DNA of 64,000 bases from a phage. Both the position numbers and the translations under genes were made by a program. The stretch lies in sequence record PZ347775.1; one strand, 5' to 3'. Shown piece after piece: positions 1 to 7,942 of the stretch. The stretch's first letter is position 1, and the number at the start of each line of letters is the position of its first letter. The notes beneath the pieces are model-generated. The model was not told the DNA's origin. It did not search any database and saw only the letters and a program-made list of their open reading frames with translations.

Positions 1-64
1 TATAACAGGACCTATTAATACATCAGTAGGAATTAGCTGGCGCTTTAATTCATACTTCAACGGT

Positions 65-673
65 TTACTTGGAAGGTATAGTGATGGTTTTGACATATTC
101 TCTACATTCCTTAACAAATTTTTCTAGTAATAAATCACTTTCAAAATTAGGATTTTCCACTAATTTATCAAAAAGATCATCAACAATATTCAAGATATTT
201 CTTTTACTAAGAATACGTTTATTTTCATGTTTCGTTTCAGAATCAACTATAAGAGTAAAGAAATATTTCTTTCCCTGAAATTTTACTGTAGTATCAATAT
301 AGAATAAATTTGACTTTTGTAAGTTACGTTTAAACCATGCGTCACTTAAACTATAAACACCGAGATAATCAAAATCGTCGTTTAAATAACATACTGTCCA
401 TTCAGGAGAAATGAAATCAGTAAATTCAACATCAAAATCACACGTCAATGAATGAATTGATTCAATACTGTTAATAAGTATTCCAGGGCGTATTAAAGAC
501 TTTTTACCTCTAGAAAATCTTCCAGAAAGACTTTCATCAGTTTCATATGAAGACCCCCAATAGTAATTACGTCCTTCTGCCATACGTTTAAGAGCATTTA
601 GTAATTGGTCTGGAACATCAACCTGTCTTTGGAACTCTTCAAACATTGAATTGAAATCACTTTGCATTTTCAT
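65..673 (-). CDS. hypothetical protein (202 aa), early region
   Basis: Intact ORF in the same orientation as neighbouring early genes; no motif recognised. Confidence 0.5.
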   Translation of the reverse strand: MKMQSDFNSMFEEFQRQVDVPDQLLNALKRMAEGRNYYWGSSYETDESLSGRFSRGKKSLIRPGILINSIESIHSLTCDFDVEFTDFISPEWTVCYLNDDFDYLGVYSLSDAWFKRNLQKSNLFYIDTTVKFQGKKYFFTLIVDSETKHENKRILSKRNILNIVDDLFDKLVENPNFESDLLLEKFVKECREYVKTITIPSK

Positions 674-693
674 TCCTATTTACTCCAAGTAAT

Positions 694-709
694 AGGGGCC
701 GAAGCCCCT
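694..709 (-). terminator. stem-loop AGGGGCCGAAGCCCCT (identical copies at 41438 and 61702)
   Basis: Perfect GC-rich inverted repeat with 4-nt loop, in intergenic gap after ORF 715-1308. Confidence 0.35.
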
Positions 710-714
710 TATCA

Positions 715-1308
715 TTATTTCAGAGAATTAATGTATTCCTGAACATCGGCAGAGGTAGTTTCAACCCCAGAAATATTACCATTAAAGGTTTCAACTCGAG
801 CAAGGGTATCTTCAATATCAACCTTAGTCAGTGCTGCAATTTCAACTACATCATCAGCAGTACTAATTCCAAGGGCATTTGCCGCACGAGTTTCACGGAT
901 ATATTCCAATTTAACTGCAAGTTCTTGGCGAGCATCATCTAACTCAACTACTTTCTTGGCGATTTCAATTCGCATTTCAGCATAACCGTCAGCTTTAGTA
1001 GTCAACTGTTCAGCTGTTCGACGATATAGTAAACCGAGTTTAGCATGCATTGTTACATCTTGACCTTCGGAAAGAAGTTTTCGAATTTCACGCTCTTTTG
1101 ATTCAGCCTGTCGATTCTTTTCGATAACAAGTTCACGAATACGTTTTTCTTCATTAATAGATTTAACAGAAGCAGTTTTTAGATCTTTAATTTTATCAAG
1201 CAGTTTTGCTGCTGCAGCAGTATACTGTTCTTCAACAGATAGATTTTTAGCCATAGCAGAACCAAGTTTAGTGCGAATAAACTCAACAATTTTCTTCAGT
1301 GTGTTCAT
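715..1308 (-). CDS. coiled-coil protein (197 aa), possibly PspA/IM30-like
   Basis: Heptad-rich, charged helical sequence of PspA-like length; resemblance is by eye only. Confidence 0.5.
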   Translation of the reverse strand: MNTLKKIVEFIRTKLGSAMAKNLSVEEQYTAAAAKLLDKIKDLKTASVKSINEEKRIRELVIEKNRQAESKEREIRKLLSEGQDVTMHAKLGLLYRRTAEQLTTKADGYAEMRIEIAKKVVELDDARQELAVKLEYIRETRAANALGISTADDVVEIAALTKVDIEDTLARVETFNGNISGVETTSADVQEYINSLK

Positions 1309-1351
1309 AGTATTTCCTTAGGTTAATTGAGATTTAAAATCCGTGGGAGTA

Positions 1352-1528
1352 TTATACTCCAAAGAGTTTATAAACTATTTCGACATCGCCTTTTGCTGCT
1401 TTATAACCTTCAGCCCAGGATACAACCGAATTTTTATCTGAAGATTCAAACTCTGGCATTGGGCTTTCACCAATATTCACGCAGTATGTTTCTTCATTCT
1501 CGTCGAACCAAATAATTAAAGTAGTCAT
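1352..1528 (-). CDS. small hypothetical protein (58 aa), not in ORF track
   Basis: ATG preceded by GGAGAAATAA Shine-Dalgarno; fills gap between two minus-strand genes. Confidence 0.4.
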   Translation of the reverse strand: MTTLIIWFDENEETYCVNIGESPMPEFESSDKNSVVSWAEGYKAAKGDVEIVYKLFGV

Positions 1529-1602
1529 TTATTTCTCCGTTTCTGTATTTGTTTTGATAAGTCTATAATAACACCATCCTTGGTGTTTGTACATCATTAT
1601 TT

Positions 1603-1908
1603 TTAATTTTTCCAACTTAACAACTTGTAGTGTCCTTCATTCATACGTGGTTTATCCCAAGAAATACTAATATATGATTCACTGTCAATAGAAGTCGCCG
1701 GGTTTTTCTCTACCGTAAGACCTTCACTTTCCAGCCATTCAATAGTATTTGCGCATAAATCTGAAGAACACCTCATCGGAAACCGGCAAGATTTTTCACC
1801 TTTAGCTGCAGTGTTATACATCTTTTCTAAAATACGCTTTTGCACGTTTTTAAAAATAGTTTCAGCAGATTCTTCAGATTTTTTATTCAGTTCAATATAA
1901 AGACTCAT
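1603..1908 (-). CDS. hypothetical protein (101 aa; start moved to internal Met)
   Basis: Track ORF 1603-1935; the first ATG lies upstream of the predicted transcription start of the early promoter at 1934-1963, so the Met at 1908 is preferred. Confidence 0.45.
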   Translation of the reverse strand: MSLYIELNKKSEESAETIFKNVQKRILEKMYNTAAKGEKSCRFPMRCSSDLCANTIEWLESEGLTVEKNPATSIDSESYISISWDKPRMNEGHYKLLSWKN

Positions 1909-1933
1909 AACATTCTTCTCATTAATAGGGCTC

Positions 1934-1963
1934 ATAATATCTCAATCATGAGCCTGTGTAAAC
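1934..1963 (-). promoter_or_regulatory. T4 early-type promoter (TTTACA, 17 bp, TATTAT)
   Basis: Minus strand -35 TTTACA and -10 TATTAT with exact 17-bp spacer. Confidence 0.5.
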
Positions 1964-2227
1964 TTATTTCATATTATTGAAATATTCTTCTGCGATTTCG
2001 TCGTTATCATGGTAAACTTTAGAAGACAGTTTAACATAACCTTCAGCAGTGAACATGTTAATCACAACCTTTACAGTATACCACTGACCATCTTCATTAC
2101 CCATTACTGCATAGGTTTCAAACATCGGATGGTCAGGACCGATAACTTTAATATCATTCACTGTACGACCGAAATCTTCTGAAACGCATTTCATAAAGAA
2201 GTTGAACAGTTCGCCGTAATTATCCAT
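1964..2227 (-). CDS. hypothetical protein (87 aa; start at internal Met with GGAG SD)
   Basis: Track ORF 1964-2290 overlaps the promoter at 2271-2300; Met at 2227 has SD GGAGAATAAA. Confidence 0.5.
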   Translation of the reverse strand: MDNYGELFNFFMKCVSEDFGRTVNDIKVIGPDHPMFETYAVMGNEDGQWYTVKVVINMFTAEGYVKLSSKVYHDNDEIAEEYFNNMK

Positions 2228-2270
2228 TTTATTCTCCAAGTTGTTTTCTGTATCAGTAGTTGATAGTTGT

Positions 2271-2300
2271 ATAGTACCACGGAAAAACATGGATGTAAAC
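2271..2300 (-). promoter_or_regulatory. T4 early-type promoter (TTTACA, 17 bp, TACTAT)
   Basis: Minus strand -35/-10 hexamers with 17-bp spacer. Confidence 0.5.
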
Positions 2301-2437
2301 AGTTTTGTGAAAAAATTTTAAAAAGTTTTAGGGAATTCTAGGGAAGGGATGGGCAATTAAAGGATAGGATAATATATTATAAAGGGTATAAACTAAATGA
2401 TGCCTAGAGAGGCGCGGAAAGGCCTAGATACCAAAAA

Positions 2438-2458
2438 GCCCCAACCTTTTGGTCGGGG
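2438..2458 (-). terminator. rho-independent terminator hairpin (GCCCCAACC..GGTCGGGG) with U-run
   Basis: Hairpin followed by T-run on the minus-strand transcript, just downstream of ORF 2468-2941; near-identical copy at 2992-3015. Confidence 0.5.
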
Positions 2459-2467
2459 TTAAGAATG

Positions 2468-2941
2468 TTATTTGATTTGTTTAGCAGACCAAATGCGGTC
2501 TTTAATAATTTTTTGGATGTCTTCAACATACTCAAGAGAGTGAACATGTGGATTATCTTTGAAACTATAGGCACGGGCTAACTTTTGGCCTTCGGTTTTG
2601 ATTACTAAAAGCTCTTTAAGGATAGCTTCATACTTAGCGATAATTCCTTTAACAATATTTTTTTCTTGTGTAGCTTTAGGATCTGCTTTAGGAGCAGGTT
2701 TACCCGAAGCCTTTGCAAAAGCAGCACCAGTAGCAACTAAACTTTTCCAGGCCATACTAACCGCATTTCCCGTAAATCCTTCGGCTTTCATATCACGAGC
2801 AAATTGGAATCGTGATTCATCGGAAGCATCTTTATAGGAATATTTACCCGCGGCAATGGCAGCTTTTGCAACAGCTTGAATTTCAGTGCTAGATGCTTCA
2901 TTTAACACCGCTTCATTTAAAAATTGAGCATATGATTTCAT
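2468..2941 (-). CDS. internal-protein-like protein with capsid targeting sequence (157 aa)
   Basis: N-terminus MKSYAQFLNEA matches the T4 internal-protein CTS pattern MK(T/S)(Y/F)xEF(I/L)xEA; SD AGGAAATAAG; late promoter upstream. Confidence 0.6.
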   Translation of the reverse strand: MKSYAQFLNEAVLNEASSTEIQAVAKAAIAAGKYSYKDASDESRFQFARDMKAEGFTGNAVSMAWKSLVATGAAFAKASGKPAPKADPKATQEKNIVKGIIAKYEAILKELLVIKTEGQKLARAYSFKDNPHVHSLEYVEDIQKIIKDRIWSAKQIK

Positions 2942-2977
2942 CTTATTTCCTGTTTTAATTCGTGGTTTTAATATACT

Positions 2978-2985
2978 TATTTATA
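2978..2985 (-). promoter_or_regulatory. T4 late promoter TATAAATA
   Basis: Exact TATAAATA on minus strand about 40 nt upstream of ORF 2468-2941. Confidence 0.5.
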
Positions 2986-2991
2986 CTAAAA

Positions 2992-3015
2992 AGCCCCAAC
3001 CTTTCGGTCGGGGCT
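2992..3015 (-). terminator. rho-independent terminator hairpin, second copy of the 2438-2458 element
   Basis: AGCCCCAACCTTTCGGTCGGGGCT followed by T-run on minus-strand RNA. Confidence 0.5.
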
Positions 3016-3059
3016 AAGCCTTGCGGCAACCTTGTCGGGGTTCCACCTGCTAAGGCAAG

Positions 3060-3125
3060 TGTTTGTACGAAACGCCGGGATTCGAACCCGGTTATTAAGC
3101 AGTTGACGCTACTTAATATTTTTAA
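3060..3125 (-). other. tRNA-like T-arm hairpin (CCGGG-TTCGAAT-CCCGG) plus adjacent hairpin; candidate stable RNA or tRNA remnant
   Basis: Perfect T-stem/T-loop consensus on minus strand, but no acceptor or anticodon arm could be folded. Confidence 0.25.
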
Positions 3126-3326
3126 AAGGCCATATCTCGACCATATCCGAACGTTCCGTCAAAAACGCTACTCGGCTTACGGCAAAGATATTTCCTCGAA
3201 TCGATAATTCTGTGCGCCGTTTCTGCTGTGATGTAAGGGGATATTAATAAATCATAAAGATTTATTAAGACCAGTCCTTACACAGGGAACATCAGTCCGA
3301 CGACTTACCGGTAGCGACCCGGTTTC

Positions 3327-3677
3327 TTAATATTCTTTTAAAGCATCAATCTGTTCACGACGTTTACGCCATAAATCAATTGCTTCATACGCAGATTCAG
3401 CATTTCGAATTGGACGGCATTTATATAAAGACTCGTGATTTTGATATTGCGTAGATAACGTAATTTTATCTAAAAGGTCTTTACGTTCAAAGTATTCGTA
3501 ACCATCTAAGCCAAATGAACGATTTTTGAGAAATTGCCAATGACCATATTCGTTTTCGACATAAACATAATCCGCGTGTTGATAAAGCAAATTAATTACA
3601 CGTTCAGAAATAACAGTGTCATTGTGATTAAAATAAAATGTTAAATCATGAACTACTAAATAAACATTACCTTTCAT
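3327..3677 (-). CDS. hypothetical protein (116 aa) directly downstream of tRNA-Arg
   Basis: ORF with SD GAGGAAAAT before ATG. Confidence 0.5.
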   Translation of the reverse strand: MKGNVYLVVHDLTFYFNHNDTVISERVINLLYQHADYVYVENEYGHWQFLKNRSFGLDGYEYFERKDLLDKITLSTQYQNHESLYKCRPIRNAESAYEAIDLWRKRREQIDALKEY

Positions 3678-3693
3678 ATTTTCCTCACTTAAT

Positions 3694-3769
3694 TGGTCGA
3701 GGCAGTAGGGATCGAACCTACGACCTAGGACTTAGAAGGTCCTTGCTCTTCCTTCTGAGCTATGCCCCG
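3694..3769 (-). tRNA. tRNA-Arg (anticodon UCU)
   Basis: Manual cloverleaf: acceptor CGGGGCA/TGCCTCG, D-stem GCTC/GAGC, anticodon stem AGGAC/GTCCT, loop CTTCTAA, T-arm GTAGG-TTCGATC-CCTAC, CCA encoded. Confidence 0.85.
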
Positions 3770-3773
3770 TAAT

Positions 3774-3849
3774 TGGGGTGACCGATGGGAGTCGAACCCA
3801 TGACTACGAGAATCACAATCTCGAGTTCTACCAACTGAACTACGGCCAC
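3774..3849 (-). tRNA. tRNA-His (anticodon GUG); no G-1 encoded
   Basis: Acceptor GTGGCCG/CGGTCAC, anticodon stem CGAGA/TCTCG, loop TTGTGAT, T-arm ATGGG-TTCGACT-CCCAT, discriminator C, CCA encoded. Confidence 0.8.
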
Positions 3850-3963
3850 ATTAATACCTACTCCAACAATCAAGATGTCTTCACACGAAATTAAGAGAAG
3901 AGTGATCAGTTCAACCCCGATAATCGCGTCAAGTAGATATTAATGTGACAGTTGTCACAAATT
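3850..3963 (-). other. 114-nt spacer inside tRNA array with hairpin TGTGACA..TGTCACA; candidate small stable RNA or tRNA remnant
   Basis: Non-coding gap between tRNA-His and tRNA-Asn, much longer than other inter-tRNA spacers; contains a palindrome. Confidence 0.25.
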
Positions 3964-4038
3964 TGGCGGACGTGATAGGATTCGAACCTATAACCAATCG
4001 CTTAACAGGCGATCGCTCTGCCATTGAGCTACACATCC
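3964..4038 (-). tRNA. tRNA-Asn (anticodon GUU)
   Basis: Acceptor GGATGTG/CACGTCC, D-stem GCTC/GAGC, anticodon stem ATCGC/GCGAT, loop CTGTTAA, T-arm ATAGG-TTCGAAT-CCTAT, CCA encoded. Confidence 0.85.
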
Positions 4039-4042
4039 AAAT

Positions 4043-4129
4043 TGGTGGGGAGTGATGGAGTCGAACCACCCGAGTCGCAATGACAATGGATTTACAGTCC
4101 ACACCGCTACCTCTACGGGATAACTCCCC
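4043..4129 (-). tRNA. tRNA-Tyr (anticodon GUA), long variable arm
   Basis: Acceptor GGGGAGT/ACTCCCC, anticodon stem GTGGA/TCCAT, loop CTGTAAA, long variable arm, T-arm GGTGG-TTCGACT-CCATC, CCA encoded. Confidence 0.8.
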
Positions 4130-4142
4130 TTAATTCTTAATT

Positions 4143-4217
4143 TGGTGGCCCTGGGTGGAATTGAACCACCATCTGGCGATTATGAGTCGCTTGCTTGAAC
4201 CTTCCAGCTACAGGGCC
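4143..4217 (-). tRNA. tRNA with CAU anticodon (elongator Met or lysidine-type Ile)
   Basis: Acceptor GGCCCTG/CAGGGCC with G1-C72 (so not initiator-like), anticodon loop CTCATAA, T-loop TTCAATT, CCA encoded. Confidence 0.75.
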
Positions 4218-4218
4218 T

Positions 4219-4294
4219 TGGTGCTGATTGACGGAATCGAACCGCCGACCTTCTCATTACAAGTGAGTTGCTCTACCTACTGAGCTAAATCAGC
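4219..4294 (-). tRNA. tRNA-Thr (anticodon UGU)
   Basis: Acceptor GCTGATT/AATCAGC, D-stem GCTC/GAGC, anticodon stem ACTCA/TGAGA, loop CTTGTAA, T-arm GGCGG-TTCGATT-CCGTC. Confidence 0.85.
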
Positions 4295-4299
4295 AAAAC

Positions 4300-4389
4300 T
4301 GGCGGAGGCGATAGGATTTGAACCTATGAGTCGCCGGAGCGACTGCCGGTTTTCAAGACCGGTGCATTAAACCACTCTGCCACGCCTCC
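4300..4389 (-). tRNA. tRNA-Ser (anticodon UGA), long variable arm
   Basis: Acceptor GGAGGCG/CGCCTCC, anticodon stem CCGGT/ACCGG, loop CTTGAAA, long variable arm, discriminator G. Confidence 0.85.
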
Positions 4390-4391
4390 AG

Positions 4392-4465
4392 TCTCCATAC
4401 AAGGATTTGAACCTTGGACCTCCTGATCCCAAATCAGGCGCTCTACCAAACTGAGCTACACGGAG
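4392..4465 (-). tRNA. tRNA-Pro (anticodon UGG); CCA not encoded; 2 nt from tRNA-Ser
   Basis: Acceptor CTCCGTG/TATGGAG (two G-U pairs), anticodon stem CCTGA/TCAGG, loop TTTGGGA, T-arm CAAGG-TTCAAAT-CCTTG. Confidence 0.8.
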
Positions 4466-4475
4466 TAAATTAAAT

Positions 4476-4549
<74 letters not shown>

Positions 4550-4554
4550 AAATT

Positions 4555-4641
4555 TGGTGCGAGAAGTGGGACTCGAACCCACAAGGAAATCATTCCGCAG
4601 CATTTTAAGTGCTGTGCCTTTACCAATTTGACCATTCTCGC
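4555..4641 (-). tRNA. tRNA-Leu (anticodon UAA), long variable arm
   Basis: Acceptor GCGAGAA/TTCTCGC, anticodon stem AGCAC/GCTGC (one mismatch), loop TTAAAAT, T-arm GTGGG-TTCGAGT-CCCAC. Confidence 0.85.
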
Positions 4642-4642
4642 G

Positions 4643-4715
4643 CTGGGAATAAAGGACTCGAACCTTTGCATCCTGGAATCAAAATCCAGTGCCTTACCAA
4701 CTTGGCTAATTCCCA
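4643..4715 (-). tRNA. tRNA-Gln (anticodon UUG); CCA not encoded; 1 nt from tRNA-Leu
   Basis: Acceptor TGGGAAT/ATTCCCA, anticodon stem CTGGA/TCCAG, loop TTTTGAT, T-arm AAAGG-TTCGAGT-CCTTT, discriminator G. Confidence 0.85.
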
Positions 4716-4784
4716 ATTATTAACAAAGGCTCTCAAGCAAGAACCCTTGATGATAGAGGGTATTAATCAGTGCGATATGAGTTA

Positions 4785-4811
4785 ATAATAACAAATAATT
4801 CTTAAAGCATA
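4785..4811 (-). promoter_or_regulatory. MotA-dependent middle promoter (MotA box TGCTTTA, 12 bp, TATTAT) upstream of tRNA array
   Basis: MotA box and -10 on minus strand; near-identical ~35-bp copy at 63930-63964 upstream of gene 31. Confidence 0.5.
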
Positions 4812-4812
4812 T

Positions 4813-5100
4813 TTACCATTTATGATAATACATATTTATGATGCATTCAAGACCCAAAGGATTCTTGAAAATATCATATTCAAGAGGACCTTTTTCTGTT
4901 TCAATAAAGAAATCAAAGTTAACTGTATTAAATTTACGATCTTCCTTTACTAATTTAACCTGCGAAGATGAACGATCAATGTAAACCTTTTCAACTTCAA
5001 AACATGTTAAAATGCCATAATCATTAATCAAGGCTTTAGCTGCTTCTTGATCATATTTATATCCATTTTCAACAGACGATACTTTTGCATAAAGAATCAT
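4813..5100 (-). CDS. hypothetical protein (95 aa)
   Basis: Intact ORF packed tail-to-head with 5103-5507. Confidence 0.5.
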   Translation of the reverse strand: MILYAKVSSVENGYKYDQEAAKALINDYGILTCFEVEKVYIDRSSSQVKLVKEDRKFNTVNFDFFIETEKGPLEYDIFKNPLGLECIINMYYHKW

Positions 5101-5102
5101 TA

Positions 5103-5507
5103 TTAACCTTTATCAACAATAGTGTGAGTATGGACATTTACAATTTGCCACCAATCGAAACTATCGCCAAATCGTTTTGATTTATTGTCTTCAATAATTT
5201 GACGTAATTCATCTTCTGTTTCAGCATACGCAATCAAATCATCATATCCACCGCAAGGATAATAATTATCGCCTGCAAACAAAAGAAAATTTACTTTAGA
5301 TGGGTCTACATAATAATGCTCTTTAGGATATTTAGTTCCTTTCCAATCAGTTACTTCAACATAACGGTAAGAAAATCCATTTTTACTTTCAACCCAACTC
5401 CACGCTTCAAAAGGAGTATTAAAAACTCTATCAGGTATTAAATTACCTTCAAAATGAGAAGGATTTGCATAATCCCCAGCATAAACATAATATTCGTTAA
5501 TATTCAT
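5103..5507 (-). CDS. hypothetical protein (134 aa)
   Basis: Intact ORF abutting 5508-5693. Confidence 0.5.
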   Translation of the reverse strand: MNINEYYVYAGDYANPSHFEGNLIPDRVFNTPFEAWSWVESKNGFSYRYVEVTDWKGTKYPKEHYYVDPSKVNFLLFAGDNYYPCGGYDDLIAYAETEDELRQIIEDNKSKRFGDSFDWWQIVNVHTHTIVDKG

Positions 5508-5693
5508 TTATTCACCTTTAGAAATTTTATCCATAACGATAGCAATTAAACCAATTAAAAATGCTACTACAAGTGAAAATACATTTTCTGCTGTAGTTAA
5601 TAATCCGCATATAAATCCAACAAACATTGAAAAACTAAAAGCGGAAGCAGAAATTGCAATAGCAACATTTCGAATTAATTCACAACGTTTCAT
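5508..5693 (-). CDS. small hydrophobic (membrane-like) protein (61 aa)
   Basis: SD GAGGAG before ATG; protein is mostly hydrophobic. Confidence 0.5.
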   Translation of the reverse strand: MKRCELIRNVAIAISASAFSFSMFVGFICGLLTTAENVFSLVVAFLIGLIAIVMDKISKGE

Positions 5694-5722
5694 TTTATTC
5701 TCCTCAGTAGTTGATAGGGTAA

Positions 5723-5752
5723 TAATATCACTACCCCATCTAAAAGTAAACG
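5723..5752 (-). promoter_or_regulatory. T4 early-type promoter (GTTTAC, 17 bp, TATTAT)
   Basis: Minus strand hexamers with 17-bp spacer; heads the operon running through the tRNA array. Confidence 0.5.
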
Positions 5753-5761
5753 GTTTATAAA

Positions 5762-6070
5762 CTATTTTATTCCGCGTGATGCAATTGTGTTCTGCCGTTT
5801 AACACCAGTTTGTTTAAAGTCATGATTGTCGATTTGATCGGTACGAGCAACACCGAATGATGATTTAATCTTAGCTTTAGATCCTTTAGTTATAGAAATA
5901 AACATCTCGGAAGCCCCTTTCTTAAAGTCCGAGGCGATTACTTCAACGCCGTTCTTAGCAAGTGACCTCAGAATTGCCTCCGCGTACTCATCATCAAGAC
6001 TCGCCTGAGTATTAATAACGAATGTCTTTGGTGCAGTCGCTTCATTGATAAATTCTTGATATGTTTTCAT
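5762..6070 (-). CDS. ipI: internal protein I-like protein with capsid targeting sequence (102 aa from MKTYQEF)
   Basis: N-terminus MKTYQEFINEA is the classical CTS; gene sits at the T4 ipI position next to 57B; own early promoter. Confidence 0.7.
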   Translation of the reverse strand: MKTYQEFINEATAPKTFVINTQASLDDEYAEAILRSLAKNGVEVIASDFKKGASEMFISITKGSKAKIKSSFGVARTDQIDNHDFKQTGVKRQNTIASRGIK

Positions 6071-6104
6071 TTTGATTTCCATTTAGTTTTGTTTTGATAG
6101 GGTA

Positions 6105-6134
6105 ATAGTATCACAACTAAACCACCGTGTAAAC
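6105..6134 (-). promoter_or_regulatory. T4 early-type promoter (TTTACA, 17 bp, TACTAT)
   Basis: Minus strand hexamers with 17-bp spacer and TG extended -10. Confidence 0.55.
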
Positions 6135-6137
6135 AAT

Positions 6138-6410
6138 TTATTTTAAATAAATTGCATATTTTTTATAACCAGCCGTCTCGTGACGCAGACCTTTTTCATT
6201 AGCAAAGCGTTCAATATTATTAATTTGATTCTGATCAAGTTCTGAAATATCAAATACAAAAAAGTTTCGTTTATTTCCTAACGTTACATGATTCGTCAAA
6301 TCAATGTTATAAAGATGATTTATATTATCAATCATAGTCTTAACAGATTTGCTAATTTTTACTTCTTCATTAAGAGCAGATTCAACGATAAACTCTTTGA
6401 AAGTTTTCAT
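6138..6410 (-). CDS. CTS-bearing internal-protein-like protein (90 aa), unrelated in sequence to the ipI-like neighbour
   Basis: N-terminus MKTFKEFIVESA matches CTS pattern; SD AGGAAAATAAA; own early promoter. Confidence 0.6.
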   Translation of the reverse strand: MKTFKEFIVESALNEEVKISKSVKTMIDNINHLYNIDLTNHVTLGNKRNFFVFDISELDQNQINNIERFANEKGLRHETAGYKKYAIYLK

Positions 6411-6440
6411 TTTATTTTCCTAATTAATTTTGATGAGGTA

Positions 6441-6470
6441 ATAGTATCACTACCTCATCAACGTGTAAAC
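6441..6470 (-). promoter_or_regulatory. T4 early-type promoter (TTTACA, 17 bp, TACTAT) with inverted repeat around the -10
   Basis: Minus strand hexamers with 17-bp spacer; GATGAGGTA/TACCTCATC flank the -10. Confidence 0.55.
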
Positions 6471-6482
6471 AACTTTGTGAAA

Positions 6483-7179
<697 letters not shown>

Positions 7180-7180
<1 letters not shown>

Positions 7181-7893
7181 TATAGTACCTTTAGTGTATT
7201 TTTAATTTTAGAAAAAAGTTCTTCAAGAGAACCATCGTTTGTAATTACTAAATCGCCATCACGAATTGGCAATCCAGCTTCTGTAATATGAGTATCATTG
7301 GATTTTTGACCAGGACGAACTACATGAATTACTGTAGCACCCATCGCCCTAGCCGCATCCATTTCATGATCTTGACGAGTATCAGGAACGATATAATAAT
7401 CATAACCTGAGTTAAATTTATCAAGATAATCTAAAGCAAATAATTTTACCCAATACATGCGGTCGAAGTTATTAACAATCAAATCCGTACCTAGGGCTTG
7501 CATCAGACGACGGACTGACCATTGATCTTCAATATTATTTATAACGTCAGTAATCTTGTTAAATGCTACGAAATTAACTGCGTCATCAAAAACAAACACA
7601 CCTTTAATTGGGCTTTTACTATTAAGATAGCAAAATGCTTGTTCCATAATCGTAATTACTTCTAATTTAGTCAGATTTAAATTAGTTTCACGATCATAGT
7701 CAATTCCTTCAAACTCTTTACGAGTTAAACAAGGATAGCCAGTGTTTGCTGCAAATACGCCCCATGCATAAGCCAATGCATCTTTAATAGGACCAGCAAG
7801 TTGATATTTAACTGCAGAATAATTATTCATGATAAAATCTGCAGTAGTATCTTTTCCACTACGCTTTACACCACTTAAAAAGATTAGTTTCAT
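7180..7893 (-). CDS. 1: gp1 deoxynucleoside monophosphate kinase (237 aa)
   Basis: P-loop GVKRSGKDT; sequence recognised as T4 gp1. Confidence 0.95.
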
Positions 7894-7918
7894 ATGTTTC
7901 TCCTCAAATTTAGTTAAG

Positions 7919-7942
7919 ATTATAACACATGAAACTGAAGCA
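7919..7942 (-). promoter_or_regulatory. MotA-dependent middle promoter (TGCTTCA, 11 bp, TATAAT) for gene 1
   Basis: MotA box and -10 on minus strand in the gene 3 / gene 1 gap. Confidence 0.45.

Noticed and set aside
2300-2436. G-rich repeated motifs (TAGGGAA, GGGAAGGGATGGG, AAGGATAGG) upstream of the early promoter at 2271-2300
   Set aside because: Short, imperfect and without periodicity; probably promoter-upstream sequence rather than a distinct element.
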